From: Felis catus
Lineage: Eukaryota
NCBI RefSeq assembly: GCF_018350175.1
Contig: NC_058368.1
Location: forward strand, 192,202,001 to 192,266,000
DNA: 64,000 nucleotides
Direction of reading: 5' to 3'
The position numbers were made by a program, and so were the translations under genes. Numbering within the stretch: position 1 is the stretch's first letter; every line of letters starts with the position of its first letter. The notes beneath the pieces were generated by a model. That model had not been told where the DNA came from, ran no database searches, and saw nothing but the letters and a program-made list of their open reading frames with translations. Positions 39,879 through 52,960 of the stretch are shown one piece after another.

Positions 39879-40036
39879 AGCTGCCTATACTCTAATCAGC
39901 CAGATGTAATATTCTTAAAATACTGGTATATTATCTTTTTAATTTTTCTTCTAGTTTTCTTTCTATACATATATCACTTTGTTAAGTTGGGCTTGTGTAC
40001 ACAACTTAAAATTTTACCTTTAAAATGATAGCTTTT

Positions 40037-42085
40037 CCTGGGGCAGGATGAGGTGAGCAGCTGGATGGCTGTGTTTCAGTTCCCTTCCCTGCCTGTTTCC
40101 ACATTCCCTGTAGCAATGAGCTTCCTCAAAAATTTCCTACAGCCCTGCTCCACTGAGGGGCCCCAGCAGCAGCAGTCGGATACCAAGGCTGTGCTGAGCC
40201 GCAAGGGCCTTGGCACCGGCACCCTTTGCATCGCTGAGAGCCACCTGACTTGGTCAAATGGCTCCGGATTAGGATTCTTGATGAAATACCCCGTCATTAG
40301 CTTCATGTGGCATCCAGGGACCTAAATGTCTATCCACAAGAGCATTTGTATATCAGGGTGCATGAGGAGGAGGAGGAAGAGGAAGAGGCGAAGGAGAAGA
40401 AGAAGGAGGAGGGGCAGGAGGAGGAGAAGGAGAAGAGGAGGAGGAGAAAGAAGAACAAGAAGAGGAGGAGGAGGAGGAGAAAGAAAAGGAAGAAAAGAGG
40501 AAGAAGAAGAAGAGGAAGAAAAAGAAGGAGGAGGAGGAGGAAGAAGAAGGGGAGGAAGAAGAAAGGGAGGAAGACAAAGAAGGAAAACAAGAATAAGAAC
40601 AGAAGGGAGGAGAAGCAGGAGGGAGAGAAGGAGAAGAGGAAGAGGAAGAAGAAGGAGGAGGAAGGGGAAGAAGAACAAGAAGAGGAGGAGGAGGAAGAAG
40701 AGGAAGAACAAGAAGAAGAAGAAGGAGGAGGAGGAGGAGGAGAAGGGGAGGAAGAAGAAAGGGAGGAAGACGAAGAAGGAGAACAAAAAGAACAAGAACA
40801 GGAGGGAGGAGAAGCAGGAGAAGGAGGAGGAGGAGGAGAAGGAGGAGGGGGAGGAGGAGAAGAAGAAAAAGAAGGTGGGGAAGGAGGAGAAAGAGGAGGA
40901 GGAGGAGAAGGCAGTGACGATGTTGAACCTATTGCTCAATTTAGGTCTGTGCTTAGTGATAAACCTACATCGGAGGCAATATTCGCTGCAATGTGTGAAT
41001 GCCAGGCTTTGCATCCTGATCCTGAGGGTGAGGATTCAGACGGCCACCATGGAGAAGAATACGATGTGGAAGCCCGTGAACAAGGGCGGGGAGACATCCC
41101 TACACTTCACACCTGTGAAGCAGGACTACCCCATCGAACAGAGTATGGCCAAGTCACACTGGAGAGATAAGAAGGTATGCTTTCTCAGTCTGTGAGCAGC
41201 CAGTATAACATGGCTGGAGAGCAGACAGAAGATTCAGTGAGATTGTGAAGAGGGGATAGAGAGAGGTACTACCCCAACCATTGGTGCTCAGTTTGAGTAT
41301 GCAGATGTTGACCACTGAGGATGATTTACTCTGCTGTGGGATTCTGCTCGTAACTGTAGGAAAGAACTTGGTGCCTCTTCTACTATGGAGTGGGTGTTGA
41401 TGAGAGTCTTTGTCTTTCCCCAACCAGCTCTTTTTAGAGACAAAGTATACTGAGACAAAAAGTTCTCATGAGCATTGGATACTATGGCCTTTATTAACAA
41501 AGGCGAATTAACTTGACCAAGAGGGTATTTGTAGTTTATCATCTACCCCCAAACTTTCTGTGCATAGGTACCCTCTGAGTAGGCCTACAATTCCTGCCTC
41601 CACTCTATGCATCGCCTGTCACCCAGCAGGCCTACGTGATGGGAATGTGCAGGCCCTTGAAGATGCAGGTACACTGGATGGGAAGGAGGGAGGCTGAGTC
41701 TAAGATACACCCCTTTAGAACCTAAGGATCCCCATACCCCTTAAAAAGACAGAGATCTGAGAAATCCTGGCCTCTGCTCGTTCTCCACAGGGTTGTGGGT
41801 CTTTTTACTAATTTGGGACCCAGATAAATTCATTCAGGCATCTTCATGGAGCCCTTTGGGAAACATCCCAGCCTCGTTTACTACCACTAACAAGTGCCTC
41901 CGACCATGTCTCTCACCAGTTTGTTTTGTTATAACCTCTTAGGTCCATCTCCATAACAACAAGTGAAATTGGGATGAAGTCCTCAAAGTACTTCAGATGA
42001 TAATTATTTTGTCTTTGTAAGAGTTTAACAAGTAAATCTAGCTTTTCTATAAAAATACATACATACGTAAATACATAAATAAATA
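40037..42085 (+). pseudogene. CLNS1A: Processed pseudogene of CLNS1A (pICln, methylosome subunit) with internal purine repeat expansion
   Basis: ATG at 40116: MSFLKNF...DTKAVLSRKGLGTGTLCIAESHLTWSNGSGLGF. Frameshift near 40302, then SRDLNVYPQEHLY...[repeat]...SDDVEPIAQFRSVLSDK...AMCECQALHPDPE...EEYDVEA...TLER*, EGMLSQSVSSQYNMAG...ADVDH-TGA (41316-41318). Intronless, with a putative 3' UTR and A-rich tail to ~42085. Outer boundaries approximate. Confidence 0.93.
40362..40912. repeat. Purine-rich (GAG/GAA/AAG)n low-complexity tract inside the CLNS1A retrocopy
   Basis: About 550 nt almost entirely G/A on the + strand. An internal block is duplicated near 40549 and 40746. Confidence 0.95.
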
Positions 42086-42462
42086 AAAGAATGGCTTTTG
42101 TTACATTCCAGAAACTACTCTTGGGGCTTCATATGTTTTATGTGATTAATAGCGTATTGTGAACATATCCTTATGTCATTCAAAATTATTCAAACATGTG
42201 CTTTAATGGCTACATACTATAGCACCACACTGTGCATTATCAGAGCCTTGGTGTCCAATGTACAAGCCACTGCCTGCATAAGCTGTGGGACTGGCATGTG
42301 GTGAGGTCTCCCTCGAGCAAGAGGAGCCTTTTCTCCTAGGTCACACAAAGGTGCCATTTGGGCTAGAAAATGCCCAGGTGCACAAAAATAACATAACCTA
42401 GCCAGCTCCCCATCACTGGGATGTCTCGGGTCATTTCCATGTATCACTATTATAAATATCTT

Positions 42463-42521
42463 TGGGGTTTTTTTAAATAAATAAATTTGGGGGTTTTTTT
42501 ATTTTTTTATGTTTACTTATT

Positions 42522-42556
<35 letters not shown>

Positions 42557-43133
42557 AGGGGAGGGGCAGAGAGAGAGGGAGACACAGAATCCAAAGCAGG
42601 CTCCAGGCTCTGAGCTGTCAGCACAGAGCCCAATGTGGGGCTCAACCTCGCGAACCACAAGATGGTGACCTGAGCCGAAGTCAGATGCTTAATCGACTGA
42701 GCCACCCAGGCACTCCTGTGCATAATTTGTTAAATCAAAGAATACATAATTTTTGAGGCTCTTGTTAATGTTGCTGAACTGCTCTCCTACCACATATTTC
42801 AGAGTGCCCTTTTCTCTACAGCTTCTCCATTCTAGATGTTTCCATCTTCTCTAATCCTGGACAATTGAATGTATGACAAGTGCACATTTTTCATGTCCAA
42901 TGATTTGATTACTAGAGAGAATGAATATTTTTATTTTTAGGTTTTTTTCAGTTTTTATTTTTTATTTGAGAGAGAGAGAGAGCATGAGCAGTGGAGGGGC
43001 AGAGGGAGAGGGATGAGAAACTCATCCTCATCATAGACCCCAATGTGGGGCTTGATCCCACAACTCTGGGATCATGACCTGAACCAAAATCAAGAGTCAG
43101 ATGCTCAACCAACTGAGCCACCCAGGCACTCCA
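42463..43133 (-). mobile_element. Two CanSINEs (~42463-42716 and ~42930-43133) within an old antisense L1ME
   Basis: Reverse SINE bodies in T-rich L1ME-like flanks. Confidence 0.85.
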
Positions 43134-44230
43134 GAATGAATATTTTTAGATGCTTGTTAAAAATATGTATTTCTTCCCTTAAAAATGGCCAACCATATTC
43201 CTTGTCATTTTTCTATTGGGATATTAGTCTTATTGATTTAAGGGCTCTTTGTAGGTCAAGAATGTTAACCTGTTACCTACCATGTGTTTTTTTATGTATT
43301 TATTTTTTCCATGTATTTTAAAAATACTTTCCCCAATTGTATATTGTCTTTTGATTTTGCTTTGATACTTTAAAATTTGTATGTCATTTTTAACATGAGA
43401 GTAGTCAAATCTATTGATCTTTTCCTTTATGGCTTCTGCCTTTACTTTGATGTTTAAAAGGCTTTTTCCATTCCAACTCAGAATTTACCATTTGTTCATT
43501 TTTAATTAAACATCACATATCTGTAACCTAGGTCCTTTCAAAGTGGCCTTGGTTTATAAGGTTCAGAGTCTGCTAACTTGTTCCAAAAAATGTGGCTGCT
43601 TTGGCTAGCAGAGACTGGGAGTGGGGAATTGGGAGAGGAAATGGGAGAAATTAATCTTCAATAGATTCTGCTTCTCTGTGCCTAAATCCTCTGTGTTGTA
43701 AAATGTAGAAAATTACATTTGGACCTCAATTTTACCCTTTTTTCCTATTATAAAATATGGCACAAAAACAGAAGGCTGCACAGTGATAAATAATCATGAC
43801 AACTGTCCATATAACTGTCATCTGTGTTATTGAGATGGAGATAGAGAGATGGGGGAGGGGACGGAGGGGAAGGGGGAAGAGGACAGGGTTGGGGGAGGGA
43901 GAGAGACGAGAGATTCCTGCTGAAGGTCCTTTCTCAAGGACACACTCCTCTTACCTCTTGGTAATCACTATCCTGACTGTTAAGGTCTTCACCTCCTTGT
44001 TGTGCTTTAGGCTTTGATCCCCTATGTATTCGTCACCTAAATTTCCTGCATGTTTCTAAGTTTTTAATGGTTTGATTTTTTTCATTCATATCTCTAATCC
44101 ATTAAAATTTATCTTATTTTACGATGTGAGAAATTAAAAGTTATTTTTTCCTCAGATGGTTTAGCAATTATTTTGGCACTGCTTACAGCACAATACTTTC
44201 TTCCTGAACCATGCTTTTAAAAGTCAGGTT

Positions 44231-44457
44231 TGGGGCGCCTGGGTGGCTCAGTCGGTTAAGCATCCGACTTCGGCTCAGGTCACCATCTCACGGTTCGTGG
44301 GTTCGAGCCCCGCATCAGGCTCTGTGCTGACAACTCAGAGCCTGGATCCTGTTTCAGATTCTGTGTCTCCCTCTCTCTCTGCCCCTCCCTCACTCGTGCT
44401 CTGTCTCCCTCTGTCTCAAAAATAAATAAACATTTAAAAATAAATAAATAAATAAAA
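44231..44457 (+). mobile_element. CanSINE
   Basis: Near-consensus head and tail. Confidence 0.93.
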
Positions 44458-46404
44458 GGTTTCCTGAGCTGTAATTTATCCTCTTTAAGGGTAAAGTTCT
44501 ATGAATTTTCACAAACATACACAAGTGTGTAGTCACCACCATCATCCCACACAGTTCACTTGTGCCCTTTTGTAGTGAGTCCCACACCCCGGCACCTGGC
44601 AACCACCGATCTGTTTGCTGTTCCCATAGTTGTGCCTTTTCCTGATTGTCAACGTAACATGAACATACAGTTTCTAGCCTTTTGAGTCTGCCGTCTTGCA
44701 CATAGCACGATGCTTTTGAGATCCATCCATATTGTTGCTTGTATCAGTAATTCATCCTTTTTATTGACGAGTAGTATCCTATCGTCAGGGTACAGTTCAG
44801 TCTTTCACCATTAAGGATGATGGTAGCTGTAGGGTTTTTGTAGATGTCCTTTATCCGATGAGGCAGTTCTACTTGGCTGAGAGTTTTTATCACAAATGGA
44901 TATTCAATTTTATCAAATGCCTTTCATGAAGCTACTGAGCGATGCATCTCTGTCTGTCTGCCCTGGGAGTAACAGACTTCGCCACCCTGGAGACTTGAAG
45001 CTTTAGTCTACATTCAAGGGGAAATTGTCCAGTGGAACGGGCAGGGCCTTGTGCCCCACAGCACTTGAAGCCCTGTGAGCAAGTGCTGCCGTCCGTGACC
45101 CTGGTAGCTTAAGGCTTTTGATGCCTAAGAGAGAAGAACCCAGGAAGCACATGACATTTTGTGTCCCCCAACCACCATTAATCAATTGCCTCTGCCCTGC
45201 CTGTACCTCCGAGGTGGGCTGGAGAGAGCCAGGCTCCTGCCCCCCGTATTTCTCGTGAGCACGTGGTGGAAGTCTGTGGGAAAGGTTACCGCTGAGTGTG
45301 ACACTTCTCGGCGACCTCCACTATCCCCGATTTACACTCTTGGCACAGATGGATGATAGTGGTACATTCGACAGCTGGTTTCTTCTCACCCACATGGAGA
45401 GTGGAGGTGCCTCAGGCTCCTGTGGTCCGCCAGAGCCCAGAGGTGGCGAAGCCCGTCTCAGCGGAGAGGAACTGCTTTCTCTTCTGAATCAGGCTACTCG
45501 GTGGCCTCACAACCTCACCTACCTCCTGGGATCAACAAAAGTAATGATTTTGTAGTTTCTCTGTCATTTCCTCATTATTAGGTTAGCTTAACAGCTTTCT
45601 ATATCTTAAGCAGAAGCCTAAGAACACTTAAATCCCACCTTTACCTTATACCAAATGTATATACTTGACTCTGTTTAGAGGGCTATTTTTATTCTTACAC
45701 AAGAATCATGCTACTTTGATAATAAATCTTTCTTTCTAACAGTGTAAGTCAGCCTTCAATCTTCCAAAAATTCTTCAGCCCTTTATTAATCTTCCCAGGT
45801 GACCTTAGAATTATATTGTCTAGTTAAAAAAAATACTTTTGGCATTTTTATTAGAATTGAAATGGCAGAATTATTGAGATGCCATCCAAGAATGTGGTAT
45901 GCCTTACCATTTATTTAAGACTTCACGTCTCCCAGTGAAGTTTTAGTTTTATTTATATGGGTCCTGCATACTTTTCTTACGTCAAGTTTATTTCTAGATA
46001 TCTTATATTTAGCCTCTATCTTAATGCCTTTTTAAAATTGTATTTTCTAACTGATAATTGTTGATTTAAAAGATAAGCGTTGATTTTTGTGTACTGATTT
46101 TGTAACCAACAGACTTGTTCAACACTTCTTACTCTTAATAATTTTTCAGTTGCTTTTCTTCAATGCCCAGGTAGGCAATTACACGCAAGTAGTAATTTAT
46201 CTCCTCCTTTCTGAAGCTTTTTCTCTTATTTCATTTTGTCTTACTATTTTCACTAAACTTTTGGGAAATATTAAATGACCATGGACAGTAGGCATACTTG
46301 ACTCTGGTGAGGAACACCAGTTTCACCAGTAAGTATGATACCTGGGGTAAATACAATAAATCTGCTTATCCAATAGCCTCTCCAATTCCATTCTATGTTG
46401 TACT

Positions 46405-46961
46405 TGATGAAGAAAAGAGCAGCCCTTGACATTCGGAAGCTGGCCAGGCGTTCAACACTAACCTGTGTTGTTCTCCCATTGGACATAAACCATCTCACAG
46501 AATACCAGCTCAGACAAGGTCACTCTGAGACCATGACTAAATGAGATGAAGCAAGTCCACACTATAATTTTTCCTAAGCACAGACAAAAATAAGGTCCTG
46601 TGCCACCCACAAAATACCAAACATCTCCCTCTCCTGGCTAAAATAAGTGACTGTTAATTCTTTACGAATTATACCTTTTTTCCCCTCTAGTTTACCTATC
46701 TATAAAATCTATTGAGATTTTAAATCATAAAATTCCCCTCACCCCAACTTTCAGATGGCATCCTACCTAGAGTGAATCCTTGCTTCCTCAGGCCCTCCAC
46801 AAATCACCCAACCAAAGGTCAAATCCTATAAAGGTTCTATCTAACACCCTCTTATGGAGGGTTCCCATTGTTCCTTATGATGTGTGCTCTCCCTTGCTGC
46901 AACAAGTAATGAACCCACCTCACTCAGTTATGTGTTCACGGCAGTCTCTGGCTAGAGAACA
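46405..46961 (+). mobile_element. ERV1 solo LTR (MER67/MER31-like)
   Basis: TG...CA ends; agacaaggtcactctgagaccatga; aaatcacccaaccaaagg...cctataaag; ctcccttgctgcaacaagtaat. Confidence 0.65.
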
Positions 46962-47829
46962 TGGGCATGCTTTACAAGTTCAGAAAACTAAAAAGTACAG
47001 TTTTAGACACCCTTATAGCTAAGGTTCAAGTCCTATGACATTTCTGCCAATAATTTATACCCATGAGAGATTCAGATAAGAAAGAAAACAATGTGAGGAG
47101 GTGGCCAAAGACTGACAGAGTACATATTCTAGAAAGCAAAATACAGACATCTGGCCTTTATAGAGCAGCTACAATGGATCCTGGTATCGAGTCCATAGCA
47201 TCATGGGTGGTCTTTCCACTACACAGTCCTGTAGTGGTGGAGGGAGTATTTTTGTGGCTGTATCATCCAGGTTGCATGTAGCTTTAAAACTTAGTTCTTG
47301 GGCCACTTGGAAATCCTTTGAGCTAGCTAATAGTCTCTAACAATCCCCTTTTGCTCAAATCATTCTTAGAAGATGTCAGAATTAGACACCTGCTGCCTTA
47401 TTGTGATGTCTTATACCACTGTTATAGCTATTAGGATGCCAAAATGATTGTGAGGGCATCATTTCCAACTCTCAAGTATTACTCAAGTTGATCTTTTGGC
47501 CAACTCTAAACCAGAACCGTAAAGAAAGGGGGATTCTGGGAAATGTAGTTCCAGGTCAGGCAAGTGGGCAATGAAATGATCCAGCACATTTCTACAGAGA
47601 ATTCCTAATTTTCTTTGCATGCTTTATGCCTTTTTCTCATACCTATTTTTTTCATTGGTAATTCTTGACTGGGCTCACAGGATCTATTTCAGGATTTTTT
47701 TTCCCCCAAGAACCGAGAGTTAGGGGTGTTCTATTATCAAGTAAATTATGTTTAAACTTTCTTTTTAAAAAGAAAAAATCTCTAGTTTTAGCGCAGTAGG
47801 ATTTTTTAAAATGATATATATATATGTAC

Positions 47830-47917
47830 ATTTGTTTTTAAGAGAGAGAGAGCATGCATGAACAGAGGAGAGGGAGAGGGAGACAGGGAGAGAGGGAGAC
47901 AGGGAGAGAGGCAGAGG

Positions 47918-47963
<46 letters not shown>

Positions 47964-48090
47964 CAATCTTAAGCAGGCTCCCCTCCCAGTCTAGAGTTGG
48001 ACATGGGGCTCAATCCCACGAACCTGGGATCATAACCTGAGCTGAAATCAAAAGTCAGATGCTTAACCAACTAAACCCCCCAGGAAGCCC
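47830..48090 (-). mobile_element. CanSINE with (GA)n
   Basis: Reverse SINE body. Confidence 0.88.
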
Positions 48091-48199
48091 AAAAGTGATC
48101 TATATAATTCCTATTTGGGGGAGTCTACCGAGGACTTCTTTGTCATAAGCCTGGAATCAATTTTACAAATTCTTACAGACATTTGGAACAGACAGGTGT

Positions 48200-48653
48200 T
48201 TATCACAGCTGTTATTATATAACAAACCACCTCAAATCTCAGCGGCTTACACAATAAGAACTTACTACTTTTCATGAGTCTATAGGTCAGTTGTGGTGGT
48301 TTTTTATAGTCTCAACAGAGTTCATTCATGCTTCCATAATCAGTTTTTGGTTGGGTAGACAGCAGTGCCGATGTAAGATGGGCTGTCTAATGGTCGGCTG
48401 GCTGTAAGCTGGGGGCCCACAGTTCTTCCACGTGGTCTCTCACCCTCCAGCACGTTAGCCTGGACTTGTTTACGTGGCAGAAGCAGAGGTGTAAGAAAGA
48501 AAGGGGAAGCACACAAGGCCTAGGCTGAAAACTGCGAACTGTCACTTCTGGCACATTCTACTGGCTAAAGAAGTCACAAAGCCAGCCCAAATTCAAGAGG
48601 TCAGAATAGATTCCACTTTTTCTTTCTTTTTTAAGTTTTTATTTATTTATTTT

Positions 48654-48684
<31 letters not shown>

Positions 48685-48865
48685 CGCACACACAGGTGCA
48701 TGTGAGCAGGGGAGGGGCCGAGAAAGGGGGGGAGAGAGAGAGAATCCCAAGCAGGCTCCACACTGACAGAACCCCAAGAACCCCAACTCCACCTCTTTAT
48801 AAGAGGACCTGCAAAGTCACATTGCAAAGGGCATGGATATAGGGAAAGAACAAAGAACTGTGGCC
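48200..48865 (-). mobile_element. MLT1 LTR interrupted by a SINE fragment (~48617-48785)
   Basis: ataacaaaccacctcaaatctcagcggcttac...cacattctactggctaaagaagtcacaaagccagcccaaattcaag...aaagtcacattgcaaagggcatggat. Confidence 0.8.
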
Positions 48866-49522
48866 AGATAGATACATGAACTTAAATCACTGAAATCAGA
48901 ATTTCTTACCCTGGGGTCCACTACAGATACTTGGAATTTATAGATGACCTTCAGGAGGTCTAGAAATTTTCTCAAATTGACTGCAGAACATGTTCCTCCA
49001 TATGTGTATTCAACAACCCTTTTAGTTTTATTTAATGCCTTTTCCTTAAATTCCACTGTTTGATATTAATATTGCCATCCCTTATTTTACAGAGTGGAAT
49101 TTTTCTGAGTCTCTTTGGGCCATAAATGAATATAATGATTCATTCAAGTCCCTACTGAACAAACATAAAAAAAATTTTACTTGAGTGAAAAAGTGTGATT
49201 TACCTACCAATATTTTTTTCTTCCAACCAATGTATTTGCGATTCCATAACAGATGTATCTGACCTTTTGGCTGGTTTGACTTAAAAATAAAGAAAGCTCT
49301 CATATAGAAATCTGACCCTAGACAGTTACATCAGAGACACAGGCTTAAGGAAAAGGGCCCAAACTGGTGTTAATGTCACCTATGCAACTTTCTCCTGCTT
49401 TAGAATCTGTCTGGAAGCTTACTTACTCCCAAAACATTTCCTGTTTTAAACCTACATACGTGAGTGGGCCCATCTTAATCAACTGAAATCATTATTACAA
49501 CCTCTGCATTAAAATGAAAAGA

Positions 49523-49830
49523 AGGGGTGGTGCCTGGGTAGCTGAGTCAGTTGAGTGTCCAGCTCTTGGTTTCGGCTCAAGTCATGATCTCACAGTTTGG
49601 GAGTTCGAGCCCCCATTGGGCTCCATGTTTGACAGGGCGCAGCCTGCTTGGGATTCTCTCTCTTCCTCCCTCTCTGTCCCTTCCCTACTCATGCTCACGC
49701 TCTCTCTCAAAAGGAACAATCAATGAAAGGAAAGGAAAGGAAAGGAAAGGAAAGGAAAGGAAAGGAAAGGAAAGGAAAGGAAAGGAAAGGAAAGGAAAGG
49801 AAAGGAAAGGAAAGGAAAGGAAAGGAAAGG
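49523..49830 (+). mobile_element. CanSINE whose tail is (AAAGG)21 at 49726-49830
   Basis: Direct reading; 21 perfect pentamer units. Confidence 0.92.
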
Positions 49831-50356
49831 AAAAGACTCTACTATTTTTCATCACTTACAGAAAACGCACTCATTTTATTTTGCAATGTTTGCAGTACAC
49901 TTCACCTGTCTTTCCCCTGGGGCTTAGCTGGAGCCTTATAAGGTTTGGTAAATTTGAGTCCGCTCCAATGACAGTATATTTTTCCTTTGCATCCCACAAC
50001 CATCTTAACTTGCAGAAGCATGAAGTGGTCCTCATGTTCATAGTGTTAAAAACAGAACTCAAGTTGGCATTCTAATGCAACTCTTTACTTTTCCAAAAAG
50101 CAGTAACTGTATTTCAGGACACCTGATGTCTGCCTGCATAGCCTCATCCCTCCACTTCCCTAATATGCAGCACAGTAAACTCTTGCAATCACTGATTTAC
50201 AGTCTGTCTTTCCTATCACAGCGTGAGCTCCATGGGGCAGGGCTGTTTCCTCTTCCACTGTTTGAACCCTCAGCACCAGGCCTGTAAGGGTTGCCCAATA
50301 AATTCAGTTGAAAAAAACGAAAAGCTAATCACTTTTTAAAAATCTGAGTCTGGGCA

Positions 50357-50790
50357 GGGCGCCTGGGTGGCTCAGTTGGTTAAGCGTCCGACTTCAGCTC
50401 AGGTCATGATCTCACAGTCCATGAGTTCGAGCCCCGTGTCGGGTTCTGTGCTGACAGCTCAGAGCCTGGAACATGCTTCAGATTCTGTGTCTCCCTCTCT
50501 CTCTGCCCCTCCCCTGCTCATGCTCTGTCTCTCTCTCTCTCAAAAATAAATAAAAATTAAAAAAAAAAAAAAAAAGTCTGAGCCTGGGTGGCTCAGTCAG
50601 TTGAGCAGCCAACTCTTGATCTTGTCTCAGGTCATGATCTCACAGTTCTTGGGTTGGAGCCCTGTGTCAGGCTCTGTACAGACAGCGTGGAGCCTGCTTG
50701 GGATTCTCTCTCCCTCTCTCTGCCCCTCCCCCACTCGTTCTTGCATGTATGTGCTCTCTCTCTCAAAATAAATAAGTAAACTTTAAAAAA
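50357..50790 (+). mobile_element. Two tandem CanSINEs
   Basis: Heads at ~50357 and ~50580. Confidence 0.92.
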
Positions 50791-52304
50791 ATCTATCCTA
50801 TGTTAAAAGTCAGGATAATGGTTACCTCTGGGGAAGAGAAGGGGGTTAGTAACTGGGCTTGGGCGTGAAGAGGACTTCAGAGTTGCTGTCAGGTTCTATC
50901 CACCTGGTTACTTGAGCATGTTCACTAGTTCACTTACTGAGCTATATATTTACACTTAGTGTGCTTTCTGAATATGCTACACTCCAGCAAAAAAAGTTTA
51001 AGTCTATCATGATTACCTGACAAAGAAGGAAATTACAAGAGTTTCAGAGATCACCATTAAACAAAAATTAACAGGGGCACCTGGCTGGCTTAGTTGGTAA
51101 AGCATGTGACTCTTGATCTCTGGGTCGGGAGTTCAAACCCCACGTTGGGCATGGAGCCTACTTAAAAAATAATAACAAAAGTAATACTTAACAGACATTG
51201 TTTCCAAACATGTAAACTTAAACTGTAAGTAGGAACCAAAATGTTCATTTGTGTTAGAAAATGTACTCTCAACCATAGAAACTAACCAGATGTACTCTGC
51301 TTTTGTTGCAATGGGAAAGTTTCGTTGAGATGATGTATATAAAGTGCTTAAAACAGTGCTAGGGGCATAGTGCTACATGTTTGCTACAATTATACTTTTT
51401 AACACATCAGAAGAATTTCCAAATGAAGGCTTCACCTTAGCTCACAGCCAATTTTCTTCAGTAGAATCCAAGGTCTGTTTTGCCCTTACCTCTTTTAAAA
51501 CAGTTATGGAGCCCATTCACCACCTGGCTTGTTTTGGCCACACCTGAGGAATTCAGAATTCCCAGGCTAAGAATCATGGAACAGCTGCACTGAAAGAGAA
51601 CAGAGAGACCCTCTAGTCCAGTGATTCTCCAGTATGCACATCACTGCGGCATTTGTGAAAAGTTCAAGTGCCCATGCCACATTCTGATTCACCTAGTGTG
51701 AGAGTAGCACCAGGCATCTTTTAAACCAGTAATTCAAGTGAATCTGAAGGTGGTCTACAAGAAACACTGAACCTCTTGTTCTGTAGATAAACAAAATAGA
51801 AGCCAAGGAGAGAAGGGACCCGCCCAGGGCCTTCTTTTGGTGAATGAGTGTGCCAGGACTGGAATGGAGGTAGCCTTTTACCACTCCAGTGTTATTTCCA
51901 TGAAGCCATGCCGCAGTAACTTAGGACCCAGAGTGAATCTGTCCTTAGCCTTCATGGCTTATTGCCCTGAGCCCTTGGCCTTTTCACCCATGCGTTAGGT
52001 TAACTGGAGAGGCGCGAAACCCATCTGTCTATTCATTAGGTACACAGAACCAGGTACTTTAGGAACCTTGTTTAAATCGTAGCTCCACTATTTTTACATA
52101 CCATGTGACCGAGAGTATTATTTGAGTTCTGTGTACTTCGGTTTCTTCCTTTATAAAATGACAAAACAGTATCTACAGTTTGCAGGATATTGTGAAGAGT
52201 TACATAAAATACTATCACAGACCTTGGCAAATAATGAGATTCCAGTAAATAGTAGCTATTATTGTCATCTTAAAACGTGGCACTAAAACCACATTATTCA
52301 TACT

Positions 52305-52695
52305 AGAGGAGTATCCTCAAGTGTGGTTCCCTACAACAGAATCATCTAGAAGTCCCTGTTTTTTTTTTTTTTAATAAAGATTTCTGGGGGCACCTGGATG
52401 GCTCAGTCGGTTGAGCATGCAATTCTTGATTTCAGCTCAGGTCATGATCCCAGAGTTGTGGGATCAAGCCCTGCATCAGACTCCATGCCGAGCGTGAAGC
52501 CTGCTTAAGATTCTCTCCTTCCCTCTGTCCCTATCCCCCTCTCAAAAATAATTTAAATAAATAAATAGATAGATTTCTGAAACTTGTTCCTCCCAAGAGG
52601 TGGTGAATCAGAGTCATGGGGGCAAGAAGTGTGCATTAACAAGCAAGCACCCCAGGTTCTCCCTCTACATACCAAAGTTTGAGTAACACTGGTCT
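52305..52695. mobile_element. MER5-type hAT MITE interrupted by a CanSINE (~52386-52565)
   Basis: ctcaagtgtggttccc...agaatcatctagaag...aaagtttgagtaacactg. Similar MER5-like copies at ~51618-51770, ~54415-54610 and ~57460-57605. Confidence 0.65.
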
Positions 52696-52960
52696 AGGGC
52701 TGTGGGAGTGCTTTTCTTGTCAGTGAAAACACACATCAGTGAGAGCCAAGTAGAGCTGAACACTTGCTCTACTTTAATACTAACACCTTTCTGTGAATAA
52801 GAGGTCAGTGAGTGCCACCTACTGCCTTGTCTTGGAATGCAGTGCTCAGATCAGTTCAATTCCTCTCTCCGTAATAGAATTCACTCTGAAAAATGAATCA
52901 ATCCAGAACAAGATAGCCAAGTAACAGAAAGCATTGTTGGAAGGAGACATGAAAACAGTC

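Noticed and set aside
40322..41195. Long ORFs in several frames (289 aa Arg/Glu-rich; 230 aa Ser/Phe/Leu-rich)
   Set aside because: By-products of a purine-only repeat that lacks stop codons. Only the CLNS1A frame has homology.
43850..43900. G-rich tract with G-quadruplex potential
   Set aside because: Common low-complexity purine run with no supporting context.
49551..50075. ORFs with (KGKER)n
   Set aside because: Translation of a SINE plus the AAAGG microsatellite.
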